A program made the position numbers and the translations under genes. The notes beneath the pieces are model-generated. The model saw only the letters and a list, made by a program, of their open reading frames with translations, was not told the origin of the DNA and searched no databases. Positions 52,570 through 64,000 of a stretch of DNA of 64,000 bases are shown piece by piece (the first letter of the stretch is position 1; each line of letters starts with the position of its first letter). The stretch spans positions 23,004,001 to 23,068,000 of the forward strand of contig NC_045696.1 in the NCBI RefSeq assembly GCF_009834535.1, written 5' to 3'. The stretch comes from Camelus ferus (lineage: Eukaryota).

Positions 52570-54030
52570 TAATTCACCTTATACAGCACTGTGCTAGGTT
52601 ACGTGTTAGGTACTATTTAAGCTGTCCCCAAAGTGCAAAGAATAACAAAACTGTGTTTCTGTTTCTAGGCACCTATCATCTAGTGGGCTAGACAGTCACA
52701 TAATTGGAAAAATGATAAGCGAGAGTAATAAGAGCAATGACAGACATTGACAGAAGTACGCCCAGGATATCACAGGAACATGGGTTAGAGTCACATCGCT
52801 CACTGGAGTCAGGAGCTCTACAAGACAGGTAAGAATTAATGGGAGTCAGAATTGGCAAAAGGCTGGGGATGCGAAGAGAAAGCCTCCAGACAAAGAGTTC
52901 AGCAGAAGCAGAAGCCCTGAGAGAAGAAACAGCTTAGTGTCAGAAAGAAACGACTATCGCTGAAGTGTTACATAGAATATGAGACATGGAGTGGCTGGAG
53001 GTGAAACTGAGAACTTGACAAAGGCCAGGTCATGGATGAACTTGTGGCATACTAAGGGGTTGAATCCTAATCCATATGCCAAGTGAATTTACTCTTATCG
53101 CCAAATCTTACATGATGTAGCTGGTGGCTCAGTTTCTGTTTTGAGAAAGATTCTGAATGAATATTAGGATTTATTAAAATAGAATACTTTTGTTACTAAA
53201 TTTTCCATAGATGCAAGGGAGTCGTGGCACTGATGCTGTATTTGCTATTCCCCTTACACAGAGTTGATACCTTTCAGGGTATGTGTGGGGCACCATGTTA
53301 AGAGTTTTATTTAACTGTAGATTGCTCAGGCAAGACTTGGAATGGAGAAACAAACTCAGAGGGTTTTGTGCAGTTCACAAGGAGAGCTGATGAGAGTCCT
53401 AACCTGGAGCAGTGGGAATACACAGGGAGAGGAAGGAAGGTTTCAAGAAAAGTTTAGAAGGCTGTATTAGGAGGAGTCAGATATGGGTGACAATGTTGAG
53501 GGAGGAGGCACAGATGACTCAAATTTTAGCTTGGAAAACTGGTTCATTCTGATGCCATCACCTTGGAGAGAAAGAGTAAGAGTAACAACAATTCAAAGAG
53601 GAAAACACTGAGATATGGCTTTGAGATTTAAGATACTGGTAGAGCCACCGAGAGAGCAGGGGATTTGTGGCTCAAGTGAGAACTCATTTTGTGGGAGATG
53701 AAAACTGGGGAAACTCCTACAGTAAGAATTGATATTACGGGAATCAGTTTGCTCACCTAGAAACACTGTGTAGAGTGTAGGGAGAAGAAATTCAAGGATG
53801 ATAGAAAATAGTGCTCCTGGGGACTTAGAGGAGGAATGGTGAAAGATTAGAATGGAAAGAATGGGGAGAGTACAGAAGTTAACAGAATCTCAAACTGGGT
53901 GGTTGTCCAAGTCAAATGTGTGAAGAAGTCCAATAAAGAGCTACATATGCCCCTTGGATTTGCAACTAAGAGCCCACTAGGTGTTCACAGTAGCAGAGTA
54001 GTTTCAGCAGCATTATAAAGGCAGAAATTA
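52570..54030 (-). mobile_element. L2 fragment(s), purine-rich on the + strand
   Basis: GGAGTGGCTGGAGGTGAAACTGAGA...GGCCAGGTCATGGA...CCTAACCTGGAGCAGTGG...TTGGATTTGCAACTAAGAG...AGCAGAGTAGTTTCAG. A possible hAT fragment is nested near 53075-53330. Confidence 0.65.
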
Positions 54031-54702
54031 TTTCTTAAATTAACTTTAAAGCTTTCCGTATGTTTATTCAATAAATGAAAGCAAGGTTATGATTTCTTCC
54101 TTGTACATATAAGATACAAATAAAATATTAATTTGAAAATAGGCCATGCCCATACTATTTTAAATATACAGAGGATGAATTACATTTTAATTAAAATATG
54201 TATGAGCTTCAGGATGCCTATAGTCTAACAGGTTAGACACTAGATATAAAGGTGTTCTATAAGGAAAAACTATTTTACATTTATTTATTATTTACTTACT
54301 TATACATATGTTTATTTCATTATCATTGCCTTTTGCAAATATTTCTCTAAATTATTATTTCTCAAAGAAGCATACAGGGTTTATTAATACATATTACTTA
54401 AAAAGGATTCTTTTAAAATAGATTAGCAGTTGGAGATATTTTACATTATATGAAATTATCTTTGAAATATTATTTAAACATGTGCAAACAAATTAGGGCT
54501 TTGCTTTTGAGCAAGGTGTGAATCATAATTTAAAATGGGAAGTGGGAAGAAAAGCAGGGCAAGTTAAGTTAGTCTACTTCCCAGACTCATAGGGTGGCAG
54601 GTCCTTGTCCTAATGAATGGAGTCTTTTAACATCATGTCCAATAGGGAACTCTCCAAATATTAGGGACCCTCATAGCATGACGGTGAGGAAAGGTCTTAG
54701 AT

Positions 54703-54880
54703 CTGTGATTTCTAATCCAGAAACTACACTGGGCTTACCTGGGAGTCTTTTCAAAATACACATGCCAAGCCTCCACTCCAGACCTACTGAGGCAGAATAT
54801 CCAGGAATGGGTCCAAGGCAAGTGTGCTCTGAAAAGGCCCCTGGGGTGACTCCGATGCTGTACGTAGCTAAGAATCGCTG
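54703..54880. mobile_element. MER5-family hAT MITE
   Basis: TTACCTGGGAGTCTTTTCAAAATACACATGCC...CCAGACCTACTGAGGCAGAAT...GGTGACTCCGATGC. Confidence 0.75.
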
Positions 54881-55709
54881 TCTTACTTACATGGGAGTGA
54901 GAATTGCTCAACCCACAGATTATGGCCTCCAGTCTTGATTTTGTCTACTTCAATAAAATGTCATGATGCAGACAGAATTACTCCTGAAGTTCCTCCATCC
55001 ACCAGAAAAATGTAACTTCACCTGTACCAGAAAAGCTTCACGGTGGGCAACAGATTGTTATGGGTTTTCCATTTCTCCACCAGGGCATGGAGAGAGATCC
55101 TATGAGTGCCTCTGCCAGGTTTCAGCTCCTTTTTCTAAAACTTCAGTTTATGAGTCTATGTTTTTCAGTTAAACCAGAGTGTAAAGGGTGGTACACCCAG
55201 ATTTAAAAAATTACAATTTTAAAAACTGAACTTGAGGTAATTGAATTTTGTTTATTATATCAGCTATTTAGATACATAATACAACTGTACAAACCATACA
55301 CAAGCATAAAGTGGCACATTTTCAAAAATAAGAATATTGGATATAACATGAAGGTCTGATATTAAATGGTTAAAGTATTTAAACAGTTTGTTAATTATGC
55401 TTGTTTCTTACCTACACTCTCCCTTTTTCAGTTAATAGGATGGAACCTGAAATGAGTAGAGGGGAACACTCAGCTGCATGCCCCCTCCTCCCTCCCTTCC
55501 TTCCTCACTTACACTCCCATGTATGGCCAGACATCCCTCTGCCTTCAAAGAGGGCTACTACTGTACCCTTGGGAGTAGCAACTGACAAAATATGTGTGTA
55601 TGGGTGTGTGTGCACGTGTGTGCATACTAGGGCATATTTTCCTTCATGATGAAGGAAAACTACAGTTCCAGTAAACACGGATGGAATGAACTGCTTAGAG
55701 TATATTATT

Positions 55710-55759
55710 AGAGAGAGAGACAGACAGACAGACAGGCAGACAGAGACAGAGAGAGAGAG
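55710..55759. repeat. Compound (GA)n/(GACA)n repeat
   Basis: AGAGAGAGAGACAGACAGACAGACAGGCAGACAGAGACAGAGAGAGAGAG. Confidence 0.9.
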
Positions 55760-56543
55760 CTTCTAATATGTTGGTGCTTTTGCTGATCCATAATATGTTT
55801 TAAATTTTCACAAGTGTAATCACTATCAGTCTTATTTTTACCAGGTATAATTCACAAACTGTTTAATTCTTTCTCCATTGCTAAAGAAGAACGGAAAATA
55901 TTTATAATGTAGGCATCATTAGAAAGTAATGTTCCACTTTTCTGGTTGGATGCAAATGGCAGGAATAGATGGTTGTGCAGCTTTTTTGAAATAATCATCC
56001 TATTTCTGCTCCAGCATCTTACCCACGCCCCAAGAACTACAGCTCTAAGGAACTAAGTCCCTCTCAGAGTTATCTGTTCTTAACATACAAAATTGTCTAA
56101 GTCATTAAATGATTCTTCTTTGGTGCTCTTGATCTAGATCACAAATCTGAGAACTTGGAAAACAGAAATTAGCAAAGACAAAAATGATAGGCTGAGTATA
56201 TTTTAGACTTCTTTGAAAAAAGAAAAGAGTTGGATTTACTTAAACATGTATAACATGTTCTTCAATGAGAACAGAACAAAAAGAAACTATATGAAATTTC
56301 AGGAGAAACAATTTAGATTTTACGTACAAAGTGATTGAGATTTGCAAATAGATTTTAAATATCTATAAGCCCATTCTCATTGGTTTTCTCTGTGGAACCA
56401 TCCTCTTGCTTGCTTTGATTCCAGACTCACTAGCCTCCTTTCAGCTCCTACTTACTCTAAGCCCAGACCTTTGAATATGCTATTCACTTTTTCAGGTTGT
56501 TACTCACAACAAATTCATTTACCCTACCAATATTCATGAAATA

Positions 56544-56756
56544 GAGTTGATCCTCTGTAATCATGGGTACCACACCCATGGATTTAACTAACTGCATAGT
56601 ATGCTCACGATTCTTGGTTGGTTGAATCCAGGGATGCAGCATCCGCCCATGCAGAACCCATGGATGTGGGGTGACTACGGGACCTGACCGTCCATGAATT
56701 TTGGTATCTGTGGTGGATCTTGGAACCAGTCCCCTGTGGATACTGAGGGATGCCTG
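56544..56756 (-). mobile_element. MER2B-like Tigger MITE inserted in an L2 end
   Basis: Both termini present with flanking TA. End TTTTGGTATCTGTGG...TGGAACCAGTCCCCTGTGGATACTGAGGGATGCCTG. Internal GGTTGGTTGAATCC. Confidence 0.8.
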
Positions 56757-56868
56757 TACCTATTATATGACAGACACATTTCTAGGCACTGGGGATATGT
56801 CAGTGTAAAAAAGAGAGCCACCTTTGCCATCATGGACTTGTATTATGTAAAGGGTGGTGGAATTACTT

Positions 56869-57084
56869 CATGATTTCTCAAACTTGGCACAGTGGACATT
56901 CAGACCCAGATAATTCTTTATTTTGGGGTCCTATACTATGTCTTGTAGGATGTTAGGTAGCATCCATGCCCTCTACCCATTAGATGCCAGTAGCACTCCT
57001 TCAGCTGTGACAACTCAAAAATTCTCCAGACATTGCCAGTTGTCTCCTGGGAGGAGCAAAATCACTCTCAGTTGAGAAGCACTG
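56869..57084 (-). mobile_element. MER20 hAT MITE
   Basis: TTTCTCAAACTTGGCAC...GATAATTCTT...CTCTACCCATTAGATGCCAGTAGCAC...CTCCAGACATTGCCA...GTTGAGAAGCACTG. Confidence 0.9.
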
Positions 57085-58262
57085 GGTTACTCAGTAGCAA
57101 CTGTTACAGTTGTGACTTTATGTTTATTGTAGTAATTATTAGAATACTCTCTTCTCCCACAAAATGATACCTGTTCCTGCAGAACACACAGTATCTGTTT
57201 TTCTTGGACAATGACTAGTATACAGTAAGCACTAAATAAATACTTGTTAAGGGATGAATGATTAAACCAATACTCAGCTCTCTTAAATCTGAGTCAAACA
57301 TTTTTATGTTGTTAGCTCTTTCTGCTTACCCTTCAGCCTACTCACTAAAACTGTATTGTAATTGCCTAACACTTTGGTCTGTCCCATCTCTCTCTCATCC
57401 ACCATGTTGAACATTCCTTAAAGGCAGAGAATGTGTCTGATCCATCTTCATGTTCTCACTTCCTAACACAGTACTTGATGGAAAAATACCTAAAGAATGG
57501 ACGGATGAATAGCAACCCTAATAATTTCTAAGTATCCAGCAAGGGGTAGGCATCAAGCTAGTTCATTTGTGTGACACATATCCCTTTTCTTCTTTACAAG
57601 AAATTTGGAAAGAAATGATATAACCTCTACTTTTATAGAGCAGGAACCTTAGAGATAAAATAACATGCCCTAGGCATAATGTGGTACAGTTAGAAGCTGA
57701 GCTTCTTAGGTCTCATGCTAAAACCCAGAGAATTACCCTGACTATACAGGTGGAAATTTCTTTGCTTTGTCTATGAGACCCAGTAAGTGATAGAGTTAGG
57801 AAATGGGAAATTTAAAATAACCCCATATTTTTCAATTCACAGATGAATATTATTTCAAATTACTATTTGGACCCAAGTAACTTAAGAAGAAATGAATAAA
57901 TCATGTTGTGAGTAAGATGAGTTCCTAAACCTAGGTTTTTTTCGGGTGGCCAAAATTTCATTTGAAAACTAAATATACAGTGCATGGACACTGACAATGG
58001 AATGTCTATTTAGTCAAAATTAAATTTTTAGTCAAATTTATGTTTATTTAACTAATAATATATCTGCCATGTAACACTTTATTGTGGAATCAATGGTAAG
58101 TTTTAAATATAAAATGATTTTTAAATCTTAAGATATTCGATCCTCAACCTCTTCAAAAGACTTAGATTTTAAGAAATAACATGGTTTTGGAATACAGTGC
58201 TCAATAAACTATCAAAAAGCTCACACGTTACATTTCTAGTGACAGATTTTATAATTAGTTTA

Positions 58263-58455
58263 TTTCTTTCTTATCTTTCCAACTTTTATTTATCTTCTTG
58301 TTTATTTAGTTTGTGGGGTTTTTTTTGGGGGGGGGAGGAAATTAGTTTTATTTATTTATTTGTTTATTTATTTATTTTAATGGAGGTACTGGGGATTGAA
58401 CCCAGGACCTCCTGCATCCTAGGTATACACTCTACCACTGAGCTATACCCTCCCC
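58263..58455 (-). mobile_element. Camelid tRNA-derived SINE (Vic-1-type)
   Basis: The minus strand reads GGGGAGGGTATAGCTCAGTGGTAGAGTGTATACCTAGGATGCAGGAGGTCCTGGGTTCAATCCCCAGTACCTCCATTAAAATAAATAAA...CTAATTTCCTCCCCCCCCC then an A-rich tail. TSD approx. TATAATT(A/T)GTTTA. Confidence 0.9.
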
Positions 58456-61400
58456 TCTATAATTTGTTTAAATATGCCTTCACCTTTCCTCCAGCCACAG
58501 ATTAAAATAATAAATTTATATATCAGACAAAATTTTAACCAACTTTATAAGAGGAGAAAAAAACTTCAGAAATGCAATTTCTGCCTACAGGAAATGTATT
58601 AAAAGGTAGAATTTAAAACATACTCACTCCTGACTATTTGAACATTAGAACAGAAGTATCATAGAACAAAGCAGGTAATATTACAGTAATGCCAATGTCT
58701 CAAGTGTGGGCTTCACCATTTTTAGAGCAATCTCATTTACTTCGTGCAGAACCCTCACAATTCTAAAAGATAGGTTTGGTAACAATTATTACTTTACATA
58801 TTGTTCTGAGAAATTGGAGATTTATATGATTTAAAACACATTTTCAAGTTTACTGAGAGGGTAAAAATGGACTAATTTAAAGCAATTCACACATGAATGT
58901 TGGTTCCAACCTAACATCCTGCTTACTCAGACAGATGATTATGTAGATGGTAACTAAGAAAAATGGGAAGACGTAAGGGCTATTAGGTTAACATTTTATC
59001 CAAGTTCCAGTCTAAAGGTGCTGTTGTATTTCCTTGGTATTTATTAATATTCTTTTTTCTTGAAATACATTTAATTCCATGACTGGTTTTAAAATTTCTA
59101 AATAATATTTGTTACTAATTTTTACAGGGTGTAAGTCTGGCAGTTTTCTTTGACAGAAATCAATTGACCCTACTGAAGAGTAACTCAGGCTTCCCTCCAG
59201 AAATGCCTTTATAGAACTAGTTTTCTAACTTAAGGTCATACCTACAGGGTATTATTTGTATCTTCTGAATGGAGGGTTTTTCTCATGTTATGATAGTAAA
59301 ATTTACTGTAATCTACCCGTTGCTCCAGGTTCAGTCACTTTTTATTAAGTGATTATCTGCGCAAATTGTTTCAACTACTTTCATTGCTTGGAGCAGTGGT
59401 TTTCAACTTGCATCTGTTAAAAATGCACTGAAGGGCAAATTTATCTTGAGAGTTTTCTCTCATTAGAAAGTGGTGCCAGTATTGCCTAGTTACAAAGCCA
59501 GGACTTACGTAAGTTCCTGGTCTCTGAACTTCCAAAGGACTTCTTATACCTTGTCACTCATTTGGCATTCATGTACTTAAGACCATAAATTGGTTAACTT
59601 TTCAATGATTTAATATTATTTCTCAACATAACTATAAGCCATCATGTCTGAAACTTTGTTATATTTCCTTTCATCTTAACAAGACTCAAAGCTAATGAAT
59701 ATAGTTGGTGCTCAGTAAATATTTGTTAAGAAGATTAGCCAATTTGACCATAAACTGATTTAACCAAAATGAGCTTAAACCATCCCCACTTAAGATCAGA
59801 ACCAGAATTAAAATGATCAAAGCACTGCACTGTTGCTGTAAGTGGGGTTCAATTTAATTCAAATCACTAAAACAAACCTAATAAATTCAGCTCAATTTCA
59901 AATAGATTGGAATCAAATAGTTATTTACTAAAACATACTACTTTAGGACATAAGAGAAACAGTGAGATGGAAAATGAAAGAGTCTGGGACGCTCACAACA
60001 TCCAGTTCCCCCTGAACGTGCTTGGCAGCAACAATGGCAGGATGGAATTCCATCCAGGGCAATTCTATTCAAGGAAGAGCTCCCCACTAATATCCCTTTA
60101 ATAGCCTTTGCAAAAATTATGAGAAAAATTATGTTTGATTTTCTTCTCACTCTAAATTCAAACAAAACACTTCTCTCTCTTTGTTCTCTTTTCTTGTTTG
60201 AGAAGGAAAATTAGGGGAAAATGTTGACAGAAAAAAAAAGATTTGAAGTCAGGAAAAAATAATTATTGTAACATTCTTTTAAGTTCTTGTGTTCCCTTAA
60301 CTTGTTTACATGCATTCATGCATGTGCACAAACATGAAATATATTCATTTGATATATACACATACATATATATCATTGATACATATTTCATAAACATTGC
60401 CAAAATATTGGTTTGAATATTTGAGTTATAGGCTAGAAAAGTAGAAAATACAAGAATCTATTCAAAAGCATTTGAATACTATAAAAATGCCTTTTTATTG
60501 ATGATTTAAATATCTAACATTCCCATCTCTCCATCTTCTCCAATAGCTGAACTACAGAAGCAGATATTATAAGAGAGTGCATAATCCCCAAATCTTGCAT
60601 TTATCATGTACTTAATATACATTTACATTCTTTTTATGTGTTGATTAAATTATTATAAGAATTATTTTCCATTCCAACACTAAAAGGAAGCTAAATATGG
60701 AGAAAATGCAAGTTCTCCCCCCCAAAAAAAGCCCTGCTGAAATTAAATTTAGAGCTTAGACTAGCCAGTTAAACGCAAATAACTTATTAATATATAAATA
60801 TCTAGATATAGATATCTAAACATCTAGATATGCTTTGTGTCCTGAGAACAATTACCTACACATAGGTTATATAATTGGTATACACTGAAATCAGCTACTT
60901 CTAGCATTTTGTTTTGTATTCTGAAAAAAATAAAAATAAAAGTATTATAAAACAGAAGTCCCTGGAAGAGATTACATTGGTTACTTGGTTCAAACCCTTA
61001 CTTTAGGAATGAAGGAACGGGGATCTAGACAGTTTAACTGACCTCTTTTTGAAACCTGAAATATCACCGTGGATTCCATTTCTACTAAGTGAGGAGTCTG
61101 GTTAGCAGTTCTTCAAATAGTGGCATTATTTACAGCATCCGTTTCACTGAAAGGGGTGTCTTTTGTCTGTTTGGTAACTTGTTTTGCAGAGTCATACAGT
61201 TTCACCGGCGCTCTCCCCTGATTGCAGTTCCTGCTTAGTTGCTGAGCCTGTCCTTCAACGGCTTTGCTCAAATGTTACTCCTTCTTAATTTATGGCTTCT
61301 TTGGTCATCCCAGCTGGAAGTGATCTTTACCTCCTCTGATCCACTACAGCAATTACCACATTTTGTCTTGTAATTCAACATGGCTTAGCGGAAGTGAATG

Positions 61401-63719
61401 GATGGATTCTGAAGTTAAGCAGATAGGGGTCAAATTTTGGTTTTGCTGCTTATAAGCAAACAAAATGTGGGCATGTCAGTCAGCTTCTCTGAGCCATAGT
61501 TATGGACAATTATAACTACATTAACTCTATTTGTTTTTACCCTTCCTGCAATATGGTAACCAAACATATTAATCAGCTAGAAAAGTTTAAAATCAGTATG
61601 TCATATACACTTTTCAAATATTTACTAAGTATCTTCAACATGCCAAATCCCAACTAGATTCCTTCAAAATTTGAAAGTCACATGGTCATTTATATAACTC
61701 TATTTCCAATCTTCCTAACTGGAATACTCACATCTTCTTAACAGGGACTAAAGAAAAAACTATATATTATTTTATATTCCATAGTACTACAGTACGTATT
61801 TGACAGATAGTTGAAAAAATGAATGAGAAATTAATTGATAATTACTCTTATTGGTAACTTGATTGACAAGTTGTCAGAAAATGTTACAAACTGATTAAGC
61901 GCTAAGAACGCATTCTACACAAGAATGAACTATTTTTATTACTAATGTTAATCTATCTAAAAATGAAAACTAGATTTGCTCTTTATATGCAATTAATGCA
62001 TACCTTTGCACGAAGAAATATACATTTGATTCATTAATATATTTCATAGGAAATTTTATTAAGCGAAATAAAGCTTCTATTAACATTTCTACATGGCTTG
62101 AATGGTTGACAATATAAAGATATCTGAACCCTCTGCAAAAATTGTTAAATCAATGGGAGAAAACATGATTTCTACTTATTAAATACATCTATGATTTATT
62201 TTTTCATATCAGCATATTATAATTCCTTCAATACCCAAAGCCATCAAAGAACTAGGGCTAAATTACAAATGTCTGCCAAAGCATGGCACAATGGTTTGCA
62301 TACTTAAATGCTTCAACACTCAAACCCTACAACTAGAAAGAAGTATGGTCAACACAAGCAAATTCATCTTTATTTTATTCTCCAAAAGGGTTAATGCTCA
62401 AAGAATCCTTTGTTTTATGACAAGTGTAATGTGAGGACCCTCAGAATCCTGATTTATCATTGCTCCTTTTTTTTTTCTCTTTCTTTCCTTGTGTAATTTT
62501 TAAGTGCTTGCGATCCACATTGGATAAAAAAGACATTTGAGGTTGAGAGCTGGGGAGGTTCAGGGTGGGAGGGAGAGGGCTATTTTGAATCTTGTGACAG
62601 TGAGGTTTCGTTCAACTAAGGAGCTCTCTGTGGGTTTCTGGCATTGTAAGTGTTTTGTCTGCTTGCAAGCGAGCAGCTGATGGATGGGGAAAATGTTCAT
62701 TGATTTGTAGTGCCTGCACTGCAGCCAACCAGCACTAGAATGAGGTGGCACCATCATGAATCTCTCAACTATGCATATTTATATGCAGCTGCTGTACTTC
62801 TAAACCTCCAGTGAATACAAAGTACTTGTGTGGCCACCAGTTCACACAATGCGGTCCTGCCGCATGCTCTGATTTAACTACTGTATGGAAGAATAGACTT
62901 GGGGGGGCTCGGTGGGATACAGAATGGAGAGGTAAGCATGGAGAGAGAAAAGACCCCTGCACAATTCCTTTTTCTTAGATAGTCAAGAGAATGAAATGAA
63001 TGTGGGAACAAGTAAGGAACATTGTAATAAATGCTTTACGTGCTTGAATCTCAAGTTGCAAAATTGATTAATGGAAATGAAATCCTTTTAAAGATGGTGT
63101 TTTCAGTGAGAAAGGCTTTGGGACTATATGATAATGATGTGGTTAAAATATGCTGGCACCATTGAAATCATCACAGCACTGAGCTGCATGCATGAGAAAG
63201 TCCCTCCCTTGGGTAAACCACAGCTTCATATAGAGAAAGAGATGAGATGCTACACTTGGGTAGCGGTAGGGAGGGGTGAGGAGGAAAGGAGAAATAAGAA
63301 TCTTTAACAGCACTGGGAAGAAAATTTAAGTGAAGTGAAAATATGAGGTTATTTAAAAAAGACAGATGAAAGAGAATTCATTTTAGAATAGAAAATGGAG
63401 CAGGAGGGGTGGTTTAGAAGCATGAAAGCTATTGGGTGAGGTTGAGAGCCGAAAGCTTAGAAGAAACGAAGAAATATAATGTGAGCAGGAAAACAAATGA
63501 AAGGGATAAAAGAAACAGATAGGAATTGTCAGGTGAGAATCCTCTCTTACAAAAAACCCAAAATATTTATTTGAGATATGCACCCATATATTTAGAATTA
63601 GAGAGTGTACATAGTTTTATAAAAATGTCATTATTTTACTGGACTGCAAAATTTCAGGCACAGTAAATTTGTAAGGCTGGAAATTTTTAGACTTGAATCA
63701 GTTATTTTCTTTTTCCCAG

Positions 63720-63840
63720 CATCAGAAACAAAGACTTGAAGAGACAAGAGAGGAATGGGGGAAATTGAAAATCACACAGAACCAACACCTACTAACTATG
63801 AAATCATTCTCATTCATAAAGTTCTGAAGACCAAATTCAG
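63720..63840 (+). other. Candidate 121-nt exon (unknown transcript)
   Basis: Strong acceptor TTATTTTCTTTTTCCCAG, purine-rich body and CAG|GTAAAC donor. All three frames contain a stop, but an internal ATG reads open to the donor (MGEIENHTEPTPTNYEIILIHKVLKTKF). Confidence 0.25.
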
Positions 63841-64000
63841 GTAAACACTACCGACAACAATAGTCCCACAGTGCATCTGACAGTTCATTTTATTATCAGA
63901 TTAGGGCTCATCTCCAAGATAAACTGTATCAGAGCAACATCAAATGTAAAGTCAAATTCAGTATCTGGGTACTATTTGATTCCATTATCAAAAATAAGCT

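Noticed and set aside
58385..58455. tRNA-like sequence with A/B boxes
   Set aside because: It is the head of the camelid SINE, followed by a SINE tail and TSD.
1..64000. CRISPR arrays, operons, rRNA or prokaryotic defence systems
   Set aside because: The sequence is mammalian. I saw no regularly spaced direct repeats, dense ORFs or rRNA-like segments.

Overview
AT-rich, CpG-depleted mammalian DNA, intronic or intergenic in character. The source is very probably a camelid, based on a Vic-1-type tRNA-derived SINE at ~58.3-58.5 kb and young artiodactyl-type L1 3' tails. I cannot recognise any host protein-coding exon or functional RNA gene. The listed ORFs are L1 remnants or short chance ORFs. 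Much of the window is decayed interspersed repeat: a near-full-length L1MC (~1.25-7.6 kb), L1 3' fragments, L2/MIR/MamSINE1, ERV1 and MaLR solo LTRs, and hAT and Tigger MITEs. Family names come from recalled consensus motifs, not a database run. The standout unexplained structure is a ~292-bp inverted repeat (22352-22643 vs 23611-23902, ~90% identical, 967-bp spacer) that matches no repeat I recognise. It could form a long dsRNA, and it carries splice-site motifs placed so that splicing would remove the loop. Secondary signals are a nearly open 227-codon minus-strand frame with non-LTR reverse-transcriptase-like motifs (47476-48156), two CpG-retaining patches, and a few candidate non-coding exons on the + strand.
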